Shown here piece by piece: positions 1 to 8,869 of a stretch of 40,492 bases of DNA. The notes under the pieces were generated by a model that saw only the letters and a list, made by a program, of their open reading frames with translations, ran no database searches and was not told the origin of the DNA. How positions within the stretch are numbered: position 1 is the stretch's first letter; each line of letters starts with the position of its first letter. The stretch is taken from UHGV virus genome UHGV-0071542; one strand, 5' to 3'. The DNA comes from a virus. The translations under genes were made by a program, and so were the position numbers.

Positions 1-22
1 GTAATGTGTATAACAAGGAATA

Positions 23-541
23 GTGATGAAATTTAAAAAATGTCTTCTGCCTGTGGCAATGTTAGCGTCATTCACTCTGGCAGGATGCCAGTCAAATGCT
101 GACGATCATGCCGCCGATGTTTATCAAACCGATCAACTGAATACCAAACAAGAAACTAAAACCGTTAATATTATTTCCATTCTTCCCGCAAAAGTTGCCG
201 TAGACAACTCCCAAAATAAACGGAACGCACAAGCCTTCGGCGCGCTTATTGGCGCAGTCGCTGGCGGTGTTATCGGCCACAACGTCGGTTCTGGCAGCAA
301 TTCCGGAACGACGGCAGGGGCAGTTGGCGGCGGAGCTGTAGGCGCGGCAGTGGGTTCTATGGTGAATGATAAAACCTTAGTGGAAGGTGTTTCTTTAACA
401 TATAAGGAAGGCACCAAAGTGTATACCTCTACCCAGGTGGGTAAAGAGTGCCAGTTTACGACAGGTTTAGCCGTTGTTATTACCACAACGTATAACGAAA
501 CGCGTATTCAGCCAAATACTAAATGTCCTGAAAAGAGCTAA
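23..541 (+). CDS. yfgH: Host outer-membrane lipoprotein with glycine-zipper domain (172 aa)
   Basis: Lipobox LAGC after signal peptide; Gly/Ala-rich glycine-zipper stretch; length and position next to guaA match E. coli yfgH from memory. Confidence 0.6.
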   Translation: MMKFKKCLLPVAMLASFTLAGCQSNADDHAADVYQTDQLNTKQETKTVNIISILPAKVAVDNSQNKRNAQAFGALIGAVAGGVIGHNVGSGSNSGTTAGAVGGGAVGAAVGSMVNDKTLVEGVSLTYKEGTKVYTSTQVGKECQFTTGLAVVITTTYNETRIQPNTKCPEKS

Positions 542-556
542 TAATCAGGAGGAGTC

Positions 557-1096
557 ATGAAGAAAGTTTTTCTTTGCGCCATCTTAGCCTCCTTAAGCTA
601 TCCGGCTATCGCCTCATCATTGCAGGATCAACTCTCTGCTGTCGCAGAAGCGGAACAGCAAGGTAAAAATGAAGAGCAAAGGCAGCATGACGAATGGGTC
701 GCGGAGCGCAACAGGGAAATCCAGCAAGAGAAGCAACGTCGCGCAAATGCCCAGGCCGCCGCTAACAAAAGAGCGGCAACGGCAGCGGCAAATAAGAAAG
801 CTCGTCAGGATAAACTGGACGCCGAAGCCACTGCGGACAAAAAACGCGATCAAAGTTATGAAGATGAGCTACGCAGCTTAGAGATTCAGAAACAAAAACT
901 GGCGCTGGCGAAAGAAGAAGCCCGCGTTAAGCGCGAAAACGAATTTATCGATCAGGAACTGAAGCACAAAGCTGCGCAAACCGATGTGGTGCAATCTGAA
1001 GCTGACGCCAACAGAAATATGACTGAAGGCGGTCGCGATCTGATGAAAAGCGTGGGCAAAGCAGAAGAGAACAAATCGGAAAGCTGGTTTAATTAA
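557..1096 (+). CDS. yfgI: Host secreted/periplasmic charged protein (179 aa)
   Basis: N-terminal signal peptide (AIASS), Lys/Glu/Ala-rich; RBS AGGAGG upstream; followed by terminator hairpin; length matches yfgI from memory. Confidence 0.55.
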   Translation: MKKVFLCAILASLSYPAIASSLQDQLSAVAEAEQQGKNEEQRQHDEWVAERNREIQQEKQRRANAQAAANKRAATAAANKKARQDKLDAEATADKKRDQSYEDELRSLEIQKQKLALAKEEARVKRENEFIDQELKHKAAQTDVVQSEADANRNMTEGGRDLMKSVGKAEENKSESWFN

Positions 1097-1140
1097 TCGA
1101 TGTTAGTAACTTCAAGCCTATGATTCTTGAAGATAAAAAA

Positions 1141-1165
1141 CCCTCTGTAGTAACAGAGGGTTTTG
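1141..1165. terminator. Bidirectional rho-independent terminator between host gene and original guaA 3' end
   Basis: Hairpin CCCTCTGT-AGTA-ACAGAGGG followed by TTTT; a diverged copy sits at 40270-40293 inside the prophage. Confidence 0.6.
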
Positions 1166-1188
1166 TTCATTCATAGTGCAGGGATCAA

Positions 1189-1205
1189 AATCATTCCCAC
1201 TCAAT
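1189..1205. repeat. attL core, 17-bp direct repeat AATCATTCCCACTCAAT
   Basis: Exact 17-mer also at 40342-40358, where it overlaps the guaA stop codon. Confidence 0.7.
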
Positions 1206-1315
1206 TATTTACGGATACCATAACCAATTGACTGATAACAACTTCCTGCAACATGATTTTCACCGTACCGTTTTATATACCGTCACCGGAAATCAGTACC
1301 ATGAAAAATGCCATG

Positions 1316-1798
1316 CTATCTCGTCAGGGTGTCATACTGTTTTTCGCAGACTCTTCCGGCTTCGGCTGCCCGGTCAGCATACTCTGCCAGTTGTCTGTTT
1401 CTCTCGAGAGATTTGCTGAGCACGTCGGCAAGCAAAACTCCGGTGTCTGCGGCTGACGTCCCAGCGCCGACAATGGCGTTATACTGCCTGAGCTGCTCAC
1501 GGATGGCAAAGAGTTGTTGCTGCAACCTGCCAGCGCGAGCGGCAGCATCAAGAGCATCATTGCGCGCCTGGTCGATTCTCTGCTGCGCTTCACGTTCATT
1601 GGTCACTTTCTCCTGTTCGTAGTACTGACGAACTTTGTCTTCTTCGTCTTTGCGGTCTTCTTCCGCCTGCGCATACCCGGCATCGTACTGGCGACTGCCG
1701 TGTATATTCCAGGCAACCACTCCGACGATGAACAGAGCAGCAAGCATCACCACGATAATCAGTTGTTTCCAATATGCTTTTACGAATGCCCAGATCAT
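1316..1798 (-). CDS. Rz-like i-spanin (inner-membrane lysis protein)
   Basis: N-terminal TM segment then charged coiled-coil; directly downstream of endolysin with overlapping start/stop. Confidence 0.7.
   Translation of the reverse strand: MIWAFVKAYWKQLIIVVMLAALFIVGVVAWNIHGSRQYDAGYAQAEEDRKDEEDKVRQYYEQEKVTNEREAQQRIDQARNDALDAAARAGRLQQQLFAIREQLRQYNAIVGAGTSAADTGVLLADVLSKSLERNRQLAEYADRAAEAGRVCEKQYDTLTR
1324..1560 (-). CDS. Rz1-like o-spanin lipoprotein embedded in Rz in another frame
   Basis: Internal start [13 protein letters not shown] (lipobox) inside the ORF-track ORF 1324..1599; Pro-rich mature part; fully within Rz. Confidence 0.45.
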   Translation of the reverse strand: MMLLMLPLALAGCSNNSLPSVSSSGSITPLSALGRQPQTPEFCLPTCSANLSRETDNWQSMLTGQPKPEESAKNSMTP

Positions 1799-2424
1799 AT
1801 AGCCAGCACCTTACTGGCAGTGACGTACCGCGAGCGCCGGTCGTCGATGCCGTTCCGGCCACCATTGATAATCAGAGTTACACGTGCAATATCACCGGTA
1901 TACTTCATGCATCCTTTGCTGGCAAAGAACCACGCCGCGCTACGAGCCGCGTATTCGTCCTGCGCCAGCAGTTCAGGATTCTCCAGCAGGTCAACTTTCA
2001 TACCGTTTCCGCAGTCACGATAGTTATTCAAACCGGTAATCTGGATAAGCCCGCGCCCACGGTAATTCCAGCCATCGCCGGGAGCATTGTTACCCATGCG
2101 TTTGCTGTAAACCAGATTTGCGATCGCGCGCTGGCGCTCAAGTGGCAATGGTGGTTCACCAGCACGGCGCCCCAGTGCATTAGCCTGTCCCTGGGTGAGG
2201 CGTCCAGTCCTGACAAAGCTCGCCAGTCCGCTGACGCTGTAGTTGAAATTTTCCTGCAACCGGGTGAAGCCTCCAGACTCATGCCCGACCTGAGCAATAA
2301 ACATTGCCTGATCTTCTGGTTTGCTGATATCAAACTCTTTCATCGCAGAAGTTATATGCGAGAACCAGCGTGCGGCCAGCGCCTCGCTAATACCAGCAGC
2401 TCGTTGGAATTGTTTAATCTCCAT
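1795..2424 (-). CDS. Endolysin, glycoside hydrolase family 19 (chitinase-like)
   Basis: Motifs [28 protein letters not shown] typical of GH19 phage endolysins. Confidence 0.85.
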   Translation of the reverse strand: MEIKQFQRAAGISEALAARWFSHITSAMKEFDISKPEDQAMFIAQVGHESGGFTRLQENFNYSVSGLASFVRTGRLTQGQANALGRRAGEPPLPLERQRAIANLVYSKRMGNNAPGDGWNYRGRGLIQITGLNNYRDCGNGMKVDLLENPELLAQDEYAARSAAWFFASKGCMKYTGDIARVTLIINGGRNGIDDRRSRYVTASKVLAI

Positions 2425-2722
2425 GTTTAGACCTCGTTATTTTGAAAATCTGAACAACGTTACCGCGAGTTTTAATAACCGCAGCTAGCATGACAGCGTT
2501 GATAATGACCTCAGATAAATCCACAGCCATTGGCGTACGTAACCAGATTGCATAGGCGACACGAACAGGAATACTGGCCGCAGCAACAATCAGGAAATAA
2601 GCAAGCCATCCTCCCCACCTTCGGTGTTGAGAGCCGTTACGCCGGAATGTGACAACGCGAATTGCTATGCCAGTGCAAATAACTGCATTGGTGATAAGCA
2701 AAAAAAACTCATGCGTTACCAT
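2414..2722 (-). CDS. Holin-like membrane protein
   Basis: About 100 aa, 2-3 predicted TM helices, immediately upstream of endolysin with overlap. Confidence 0.55.
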   Translation of the reverse strand: MVTHEFFLLITNAVICTGIAIRVVTFRRNGSQHRRWGGWLAYFLIVAAASIPVRVAYAIWLRTPMAVDLSEVIINAVMLAAVIKTRGNVVQIFKITRSKHGD

Positions 2723-3122
2723 CGTCTTTTCTCCCCGGAATTAACTCGCGTGGATTATCGGAACGGTGATAAAGCCATATACCAATTCGCACAGCGACAA
2801 TTGACGACACAAATGCGCCAGCAGAGAAGACGATCCCTTTCTCGAAAGAGTCCTGCGTGATGGTAGGGATCAGGCTGGCTACACCGATAAGGATGGATGC
2901 TGTAGGTTTGTAAAAGAGAAGGCCACAGAGAAAGCTAAGCATCGACAAGAGTACGCGACGACGAATGGGATACTCTACTGCAGAGGTAACAAAAATAACC
3001 GCTCCAGCCAAAGACCCCAAAGCAACCTCAGGAGGTGCTCCTGCTATAACCGCCACCAGAGAACTCATGCTAAGCCACTGATTTAAAGACTCACTGGTTA
3101 TCTGAACTGACATAAAAACCAC
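2709..3122 (-). CDS. Holin/antiholin-like membrane protein
   Basis: Multiple hydrophobic segments; first gene of lysis cassette after a 270-bp AT-rich gap; start may be the MSVQ Met at 3110. Confidence 0.5.
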   Translation of the reverse strand: MVFMSVQITSESLNQWLSMSSLVAVIAGAPPEVALGSLAGAVIFVTSAVEYPIRRRVLLSMLSFLCGLLFYKPTASILIGVASLIPTITQDSFEKGIVFSAGAFVSSIVAVRIGIWLYHRSDNPRELIPGRKDDGNA

Positions 3123-3395
3123 CGTTTAATGTGCATATGCCCCCCTAATTTAAGGGGTTCATCATACACAATAAACCACATGTGGTTAAACAGGTAATTC
3201 ATTGTGATACTAATGTTAAACTCATTACTGCCGAAAAAGTGTCACTGATTAAAACACGGTAGAGAAATTATTAACGAGTAATTTAGGCATAATTACAATA
3301 TTTAAGTTATTAATTCACTGATTTAATCAGTAAAAGATAGCTATAACATACCACCTCCCAAGGAGGTGGTTTAGGAATAACAATAAAATATGTAC

Positions 3396-5411
3396 TTACG
3401 CACTTCGTAATAAATGTTTAGACATAGCAGCAATACAGAAACAAGATAAGTCAGCGTAATTTACACCATACATATCCGATTCTTTATCATAAGTAACCAG
3501 AGAATAGTCTGTAGGGTTAAGATTATATTTCTCCATAATCAGCATTACTTCTTGAGCCATACATCCGAAGTGATACTTATCAGATTCTGCATCTGTCCAT
3601 TTAAACTTTATCATGCTAATGGCTAATTCTAGCCCTGCACTATACTCTGCCGTAGATATCTCATACACATCTTTACATCTACCGTCAGATGTTTGTATTA
3701 CACCATTAGTTGCAAAGACAGTTTGCCATCTACGACTAGATTGACCACAAGTTCTTTGATTATCTATCTGGGGGGCAACACTACCATCTATACGCAAATA
3801 GTTATCTTCCGCTTGTGCGCCTCCCATAACACCTTCTAAAAAAGGCAATCCTTTGTGATTATTTACAATGAATTTATTGGAGGTATCTTCTGATATTCCG
3901 GTGCCAGCATCTGGACCTATAAAAATATTACCATTTCCAGTTGGTAATTTTCTTCCTGCTCTTGCTCCTATCATAACATTCAGGTCACCTGAGGATAGGG
4001 AATTGAGAGCATCAACACCAATTGCTGTATTAAAATTACCTGTGAGAGTCCCAGTGTATGGGTTCTCAGTTGATGATACTCCTCGCAATGCTCCATTACC
4101 TATAGCTGTGTTATGATCACCTTGCTTTAACTCCCTACCAGCTGCATTACCAATAAGGGTATTTCCATTACATTTATCATACCCAAGACGTACACCTTGA
4201 GGGTCTGTGTAGATGCCAGTACGCATTCCTGCAGAGCGTCCTATTGCAACATTAGCTTCTCCAGAATGGAGTTGCTGCAAAGCTGACATACCAACTGCAA
4301 CATTGAACCTACCATCCTTACACTCGTTTAGCGCATCCCTGCCAATACCAATCATGTTATTTCCAGTGGTGGCTTTCTTCAAAGCATTAATACCTATACT
4401 GATAATCTCTGTTCCAGAAAATGGCGACTTATCTGTAAGATCATCTTCTAGAGTATCTCCTGACAAACCACCCACACCAACCACGATTGTGTTAGTGCCG
4501 CTAGTTATGTTGCGACCAGAACTTGGTCCAAGCAAAACCAATTGATTACCTTTACCAGAGTCAGTGTAATTTTTTGCGGCATCATAACCTAAAATAAGGT
4601 TGCTATGAGACTGAGCTACATTGGTAAACGGAATTCGTTCCGCTCCTGTCTCTTTAATTATTTTTCCTGGGCCATAAAATCTTCCATTAATATCTTCCGG
4701 CAATAAATACGTGCCATCAGGAACATAAACACCTTGTGGCGAAGCAGATGCCGCGGCAATGAAAGCATCTGTATCATTTGTGACTCCATCACCTTTAGCG
4801 CCAAAGTCAAGAACACTGACAGTATCCCGCATCTTATCCTGAAACGTTCTATATACCGCGCCTGAACCATACTGAATAAACCAACCAAAACCACCAACAA
4901 CCCCGGCGATTGCAGCATCGACATAATTACGCATTGAGCGATTATTTACAGCGTCCTGCTCAAGTGATGGATCTGCAAGGTTAGAAATTCTGTTTTGCTT
5001 TGCATCGTAATATTTTGCAAGCAAAGATGGTTTCATCAATGCACGTCTGAACCACCCAAAACATTGCTGGATCAGCATCGTCAGGTAGTCAAAGGCATCT
5101 TCATGCACTTCGGGGAAAAACTTTCCCTGATTGCGAAGGTCTGTCTCCTGCACTACATCAAGCACACGATCTATCGTAATTCGCCATCCAGCAGCAAGCG
5201 GCGACGGAAGAACAACAGAACCGCCACTATAAGTGCCCGCCCCAGTTACCGTATAACCGGTATCCAGAACCAATTCTGTTACGTTCCCGTTCAGGTCAGA
5301 CACCTGAACAACCAGGTCGGATTTTTTGAAAATACGGAAGGTATACGGAAATGATGTCGTAACGCCGTTACCTGTGTATTCGTTGTGGTCAACTTCGGTT
5401 GAGACCGTCAT
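3396..5411 (-). CDS. Tail fibre/tailspike with C-terminal intramolecular chaperone (peptidase S74-like) domain
   Basis: N-terminal fibre anchor motif YTGNGVTTSFPYTF; Gly/Asn-rich beta-helix-like repeats; C-terminal chaperone-like segment; 3' two-thirds AT-rich. Confidence 0.75.
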   Translation of the reverse strand: MTVSTEVDHNEYTGNGVTTSFPYTFRIFKKSDLVVQVSDLNGNVTELVLDTGYTVTGAGTYSGGSVVLPSPLAAGWRITIDRVLDVVQETDLRNQGKFFPEVHEDAFDYLTMLIQQCFGWFRRALMKPSLLAKYYDAKQNRISNLADPSLEQDAVNNRSMRNYVDAAIAGVVGGFGWFIQYGSGAVYRTFQDKMRDTVSVLDFGAKGDGVTNDTDAFIAAASASPQGVYVPDGTYLLPEDINGRFYGPGKIIKETGAERIPFTNVAQSHSNLILGYDAAKNYTDSGKGNQLVLLGPSSGRNITSGTNTIVVGVGGLSGDTLEDDLTDKSPFSGTEIISIGINALKKATTGNNMIGIGRDALNECKDGRFNVAVGMSALQQLHSGEANVAIGRSAGMRTGIYTDPQGVRLGYDKCNGNTLIGNAAGRELKQGDHNTAIGNGALRGVSSTENPYTGTLTGNFNTAIGVDALNSLSSGDLNVMIGARAGRKLPTGNGNIFIGPDAGTGISEDTSNKFIVNNHKGLPFLEGVMGGAQAEDNYLRIDGSVAPQIDNQRTCGQSSRRWQTVFATNGVIQTSDGRCKDVYEISTAEYSAGLELAISMIKFKWTDAESDKYHFGCMAQEVMLIMEKYNLNPTDYSLVTYDKESDMYGVNYADLSCFCIAAMSKHLLRSA

Positions 5412-5515
5412 GTTAAATCTCCAGATAGTCGCAGCACCCGTTGCGCCGCATATCTGGTTATTCTATTACCTGAAAAACCATATATGGATAGAAAGGCTGT
5501 AAATACGAATAGATA

Positions 5516-5530
5516 TTACCTTTCAGGTAA
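5516..5530. promoter_or_regulatory. Operator-like palindrome TTACCTTTCAGGTAA
   Basis: Perfect 5-5-5 inverted repeat; identical 16-mer ATTACCTTTCAGGTAA at 22440-22455; a left-arm-only copy at 5466-5480. Confidence 0.5.
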
Positions 5531-5567
5531 TTTGCAAAACGTGCTGGATAGCAAACAAATTATTTGC

Positions 5568-5587
5568 TACTGTATAAATATACAGTT
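5568..5587 (+). promoter_or_regulatory. LexA (SOS) box TACTGTATAAATATACAGTT
   Basis: CTGT-N8-ACAG with AT-rich centre, 18/20 match to consensus TACTGTATATATATACAGTA; 20 bp upstream of the 5608 start. Confidence 0.65.
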
Positions 5588-5607
5588 ATTGCATGGAGAA
5601 GATTAAG

Positions 5608-5865
5608 ATGCAGCAGTATCACTATCCACTGGAAGACGGATTTACCGAAAGGATTCACACGCCGGGAGGCGTCAGGTCACTGGTGGAGGGATCGCACTTG
5701 ATGAAATTACTCCGGGATCTCGATAAGGATGGATTTAATGTCGATGGCCCACTTGCCGAACTGACTGCACTGATTAACTACGTCACCAGCTCACAGATGT
5801 CTATGCGGGATCTGCAAACACATCTCGACTATTGTGCCGAACAATTACGAAAACAAACCCGGTAA
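5608..5865 (+). CDS. Small SOS-regulated protein, candidate antirepressor
   Basis: ORF-track ORF 5593..5865; ATG at 5608 has RBS GGAGA; opposite strand to flanking late genes; complex hairpin plus T-run downstream. Confidence 0.5.
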   Translation: MQQYHYPLEDGFTERIHTPGGVRSLVEGSHLMKLLRDLDKDGFNVDGPLAELTALINYVTSSQMSMRDLQTHLDYCAEQLRKQTR

Positions 5866-5897
5866 ATTTAAAGGCCGCAAGAGCGGCCTGTGACATG

Positions 5898-6194
5898 TCA
5901 CGCTCTTTTTCTGAATGATAGCCATTCGAAAAATGATGACATTCCACCGCAGACAATAGCAAAGATGATCCCACCAAAGAAGAGAAGGCCAGCCTGCCAC
6001 CACTCCCACCGCCATACATCCACAGCGCCAACCATACCAACAATCGCTCCAACAAATGGAATATAGCTCACGATGAAAGCAATGGGGGCTGCAATTATCC
6101 AGTGCAATCCCCACCATGATTCAAGCCCAGCCATAATTGCTGCCAACTGAAAAAGACCAACGACGATATAAACAATGAATCCTATAGCTTGCAT
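5898..6194 (-). CDS. Small integral membrane protein (98 aa, about 3 TM)
   Basis: Highly hydrophobic, Trp-rich; lies between internal virion gene and tail fibre. Confidence 0.45.
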   Translation of the reverse strand: MQAIGFIVYIVVGLFQLAAIMAGLESWWGLHWIIAAPIAFIVSYIPFVGAIVGMVGAVDVWRWEWWQAGLLFFGGIIFAIVCGGMSSFFEWLSFRKRA

Positions 6195-6389
6195 GTAGTC
6201 ACCTATTTACCCAGTAAAAATCAGAGGCCTCCCCTCAATAAGGCTTGCAACAAGAACTATTCCCTGCACAACAAAGATGAACCAGCAAATAGCTTGAGTC
6301 TGAGGGTTAAGAAAATATTTGTAGCGGTCAATAAATAACAACCCACCAGAAATTATCACACTCAAAATAATTAAAAACACAACACTTCC

Positions 6390-8864
6390 TTATTGCGGAG
6401 TGACATCCTGAGGTCGCCACCAGTATGTCTGGTTAAACTCTTTCTTCGAACGTTGCTCCATTTTACGCAAATAGCCTGGTGAAAAATACTCCTGCATCTG
6501 GTTAAAGATCATATGATCGAGAGCCGCCTTTAAGTACCAGAGATTCGCACCTGGCATCAAACCTTTCCCCAGCTTCACCAGATCACCACCAGTCTGCTCA
6601 CTCTTCCCTTCCACAGCATTTAACGGTATGCCCTGAGCAATCTTCACTACGTCATCAACCAGACCAGCTACCGGGCCAAGCATCGACGCCAGCGCGCCGC
6701 TTCCGTACCTAGTGTGATCTGACAATAAAAAGTCACCGTAAAGGCCAAGACCACCACCTTTCAGTAGAGCACCAAGCCAAAATTTAGCAGCATCTTCTCC
6801 TGTCATCTCGCGAGGATTACGACCAGACGCAAGGTCGTTAAGTTGCTGCGACAAAGCGCCAAGAATGGTCGTACTGGCAATAAACGTCGCAATATATGCC
6901 GCACGCCCACCAGCAGACGGCATACCCATAGCGCGTGACCAGTGACGCATAACCACCGAGATAGGGAACGATTTAAACAGGAAAACACTTCTCGTTAATT
7001 CACCTTTCCATGTTCCACGCTGAATACCAGAACCGGTTATCAGTTGCTCACGTGCTCCTGGTGTAATAACAGCCATATCAACTTCTTCAGTTACGGCACC
7101 GAGCAGTTTACGCATTGCCTCAAATTTCACGCGTTCAGGCTCACCAAGATGTTTAACTGCTGAATCAGGGATACGCATAATGCTTTCCGGTGTCAGCATC
7201 GTATTATTGCCGTTCCCCCAGTCCTCCTGTTGCGCCAGCTTCCATACGCTCCAGTCTGTGTCAGTAATCCCTTTGCTTTTCAGGATACGAAAATCAGAAT
7301 CATCGAGGCTACGAAGGTCTGGTGTCCGTGACACTACTTCTCCCAGGCTTCCCATCATGGTTACGCCATAGGCGCGCTTGTGCGCATCTGACCATGCTGT
7401 AAGCCCACTGGCACGCATTACCGCCGTTGCAGCCCAACGAGATACAGACGGCCCCATATTATCCATCGCCCAGCGGTTAACGCTGCCAAGTAGAGATTCC
7501 ATCGCCAGACCAGCGCGGCGCGCCCGCGCAAGTTCTGTACGGTTCGTTGGGTCCATAGCTTCAAGCTGGTTGCGGAATAACTGGTTCATTGGAAGGTTGG
7601 TAACCTTCGCAGACAGATACATGGTTCCAAGATCAGAGAACGATGACAGCAACGCGGATCCGAGTCTGCTGGCAACCAGCCAGTTGCGGATATTGTCAGA
7701 CCATCGCGCGATGTGCGGATTCGCTACAGGCTGTGTCTTTCCGGAAATAAAGTTGTACAGATTCTCTGTGTTGTTCGCCAGCCGCTCGACTTTACCGGTT
7801 TTACTCGGGTTAGCTGTTGCCGTTTCTGCCTTCACCTGATCAAGAAGAGAGCGGAAAACATGATCGGGGTTTGGGCCATATGTTTCCACCAGTGCAATAT
7901 CTTTACTGATACCTTCAAGGTGACCGACCATGATTTCCCATAGAGAGCGATCGCCATAAAGTTGCTGATATTGCAGATAGGAATCTGCATCTTTGAAATG
8001 TATCTGTCGTGATGCATTACCACGGTTAGCACGTGCGCCGGAAATTCGCATTCCGGTATCAGTAAGCTTATTCAGCCCACCAGTAGCGATCGTGTTATAA
8101 GCCTCTCCAAGAAATGCAGACAACTCGGCATCGTTCATCAGTTGTCCATCGGCTCGGGTATAATATTTGCGATCCAGCTTACCTATAACATCGCTAACCC
8201 ATTTATCTTTTGATACCGCCCCAACCTTTTCCATAGAATGATGTTGAGGGATCCCCCAGTTTTCGAGATAGCCAATGTCCCCACCAGCATCATTAAACCG
8301 GCGGCGCAGCAGCTCTGTAACTTCTCTCCACGCCTTAGCACCTTTTCTTGCTTTAGCATTGCCAGTATTTTGCCCCCGCATTTCATATACCAGGTCACGT
8401 ACGCCCGCTTCATCTTCAAACAGACCAAAAAAGCGAGGATCAACTGCTTCGAATGCCTCCTGCAATTGACTCAATGCATAATCACGGGTGGCTTTTGTTC
8501 TGGATTCAACAGAGAGGAAATTCGATTTACCGTCTGCATTAAAAGCAATAGTACGGTTAAGAGCGCCAAGTTTCCCATCAGCCCCTTGATAGCTATTGAT
8601 AAATTTATCCAATCTCTGACGTGCGGCTATAGTGAGGGCCACACGACGTTTCTTTAATGCCGCTTCTCGCTGTAATTCTTCAGATGCCAATTGTGCTGCA
8701 CGATACAACCGTTCTGATTCGGAAAGTTGTCGCCACGACATCGGGTCATCACGAGCAATGGAGCGCATATTTCGATAAATGCGGTCTTCAATGTTCTGTA
8801 TTTCTCGCGCCGTTAACGTGCGCTGCGCCGCCTGCTGGACCGCTTGTATACATTCCTGTCTCAT
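6390..8864 (-). CDS. Internal virion/ejection protein (824 aa)
   Basis: Large protein in the block of large genes between tail-tube and tail-fibre genes, as in T7-like and epsilon15-like virions. Confidence 0.6.
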   Translation of the reverse strand: MRQECIQAVQQAAQRTLTAREIQNIEDRIYRNMRSIARDDPMSWRQLSESERLYRAAQLASEELQREAALKKRRVALTIAARQRLDKFINSYQGADGKLGALNRTIAFNADGKSNFLSVESRTKATRDYALSQLQEAFEAVDPRFFGLFEDEAGVRDLVYEMRGQNTGNAKARKGAKAWREVTELLRRRFNDAGGDIGYLENWGIPQHHSMEKVGAVSKDKWVSDVIGKLDRKYYTRADGQLMNDAELSAFLGEAYNTIATGGLNKLTDTGMRISGARANRGNASRQIHFKDADSYLQYQQLYGDRSLWEIMVGHLEGISKDIALVETYGPNPDHVFRSLLDQVKAETATANPSKTGKVERLANNTENLYNFISGKTQPVANPHIARWSDNIRNWLVASRLGSALLSSFSDLGTMYLSAKVTNLPMNQLFRNQLEAMDPTNRTELARARRAGLAMESLLGSVNRWAMDNMGPSVSRWAATAVMRASGLTAWSDAHKRAYGVTMMGSLGEVVSRTPDLRSLDDSDFRILKSKGITDTDWSVWKLAQQEDWGNGNNTMLTPESIMRIPDSAVKHLGEPERVKFEAMRKLLGAVTEEVDMAVITPGAREQLITGSGIQRGTWKGELTRSVFLFKSFPISVVMRHWSRAMGMPSAGGRAAYIATFIASTTILGALSQQLNDLASGRNPREMTGEDAAKFWLGALLKGGGLGLYGDFLLSDHTRYGSGALASMLGPVAGLVDDVVKIAQGIPLNAVEGKSEQTGGDLVKLGKGLMPGANLWYLKAALDHMIFNQMQEYFSPGYLRKMEQRSKKEFNQTYWWRPQDVTPQ

Positions 8865-8869
8865 TTAAT

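Noticed and set aside
1228-1865. Several + strand and alternative-frame ORFs overlapping the Rz gene
   Set aside because: They are antisense or off-frame to the well-supported Rz/endolysin genes; only the embedded Rz1-like frame (lipobox, Pro-rich) was kept.
5516-5530. MqsA-type operator (ACCT-N3-AGGT inside TTACCTTTCAGGTAA)
   Set aside because: Other copies conserve only the outer TTACC/GGTAA arms, not the inner ACCT/AGGT, so the resemblance is coincidental.
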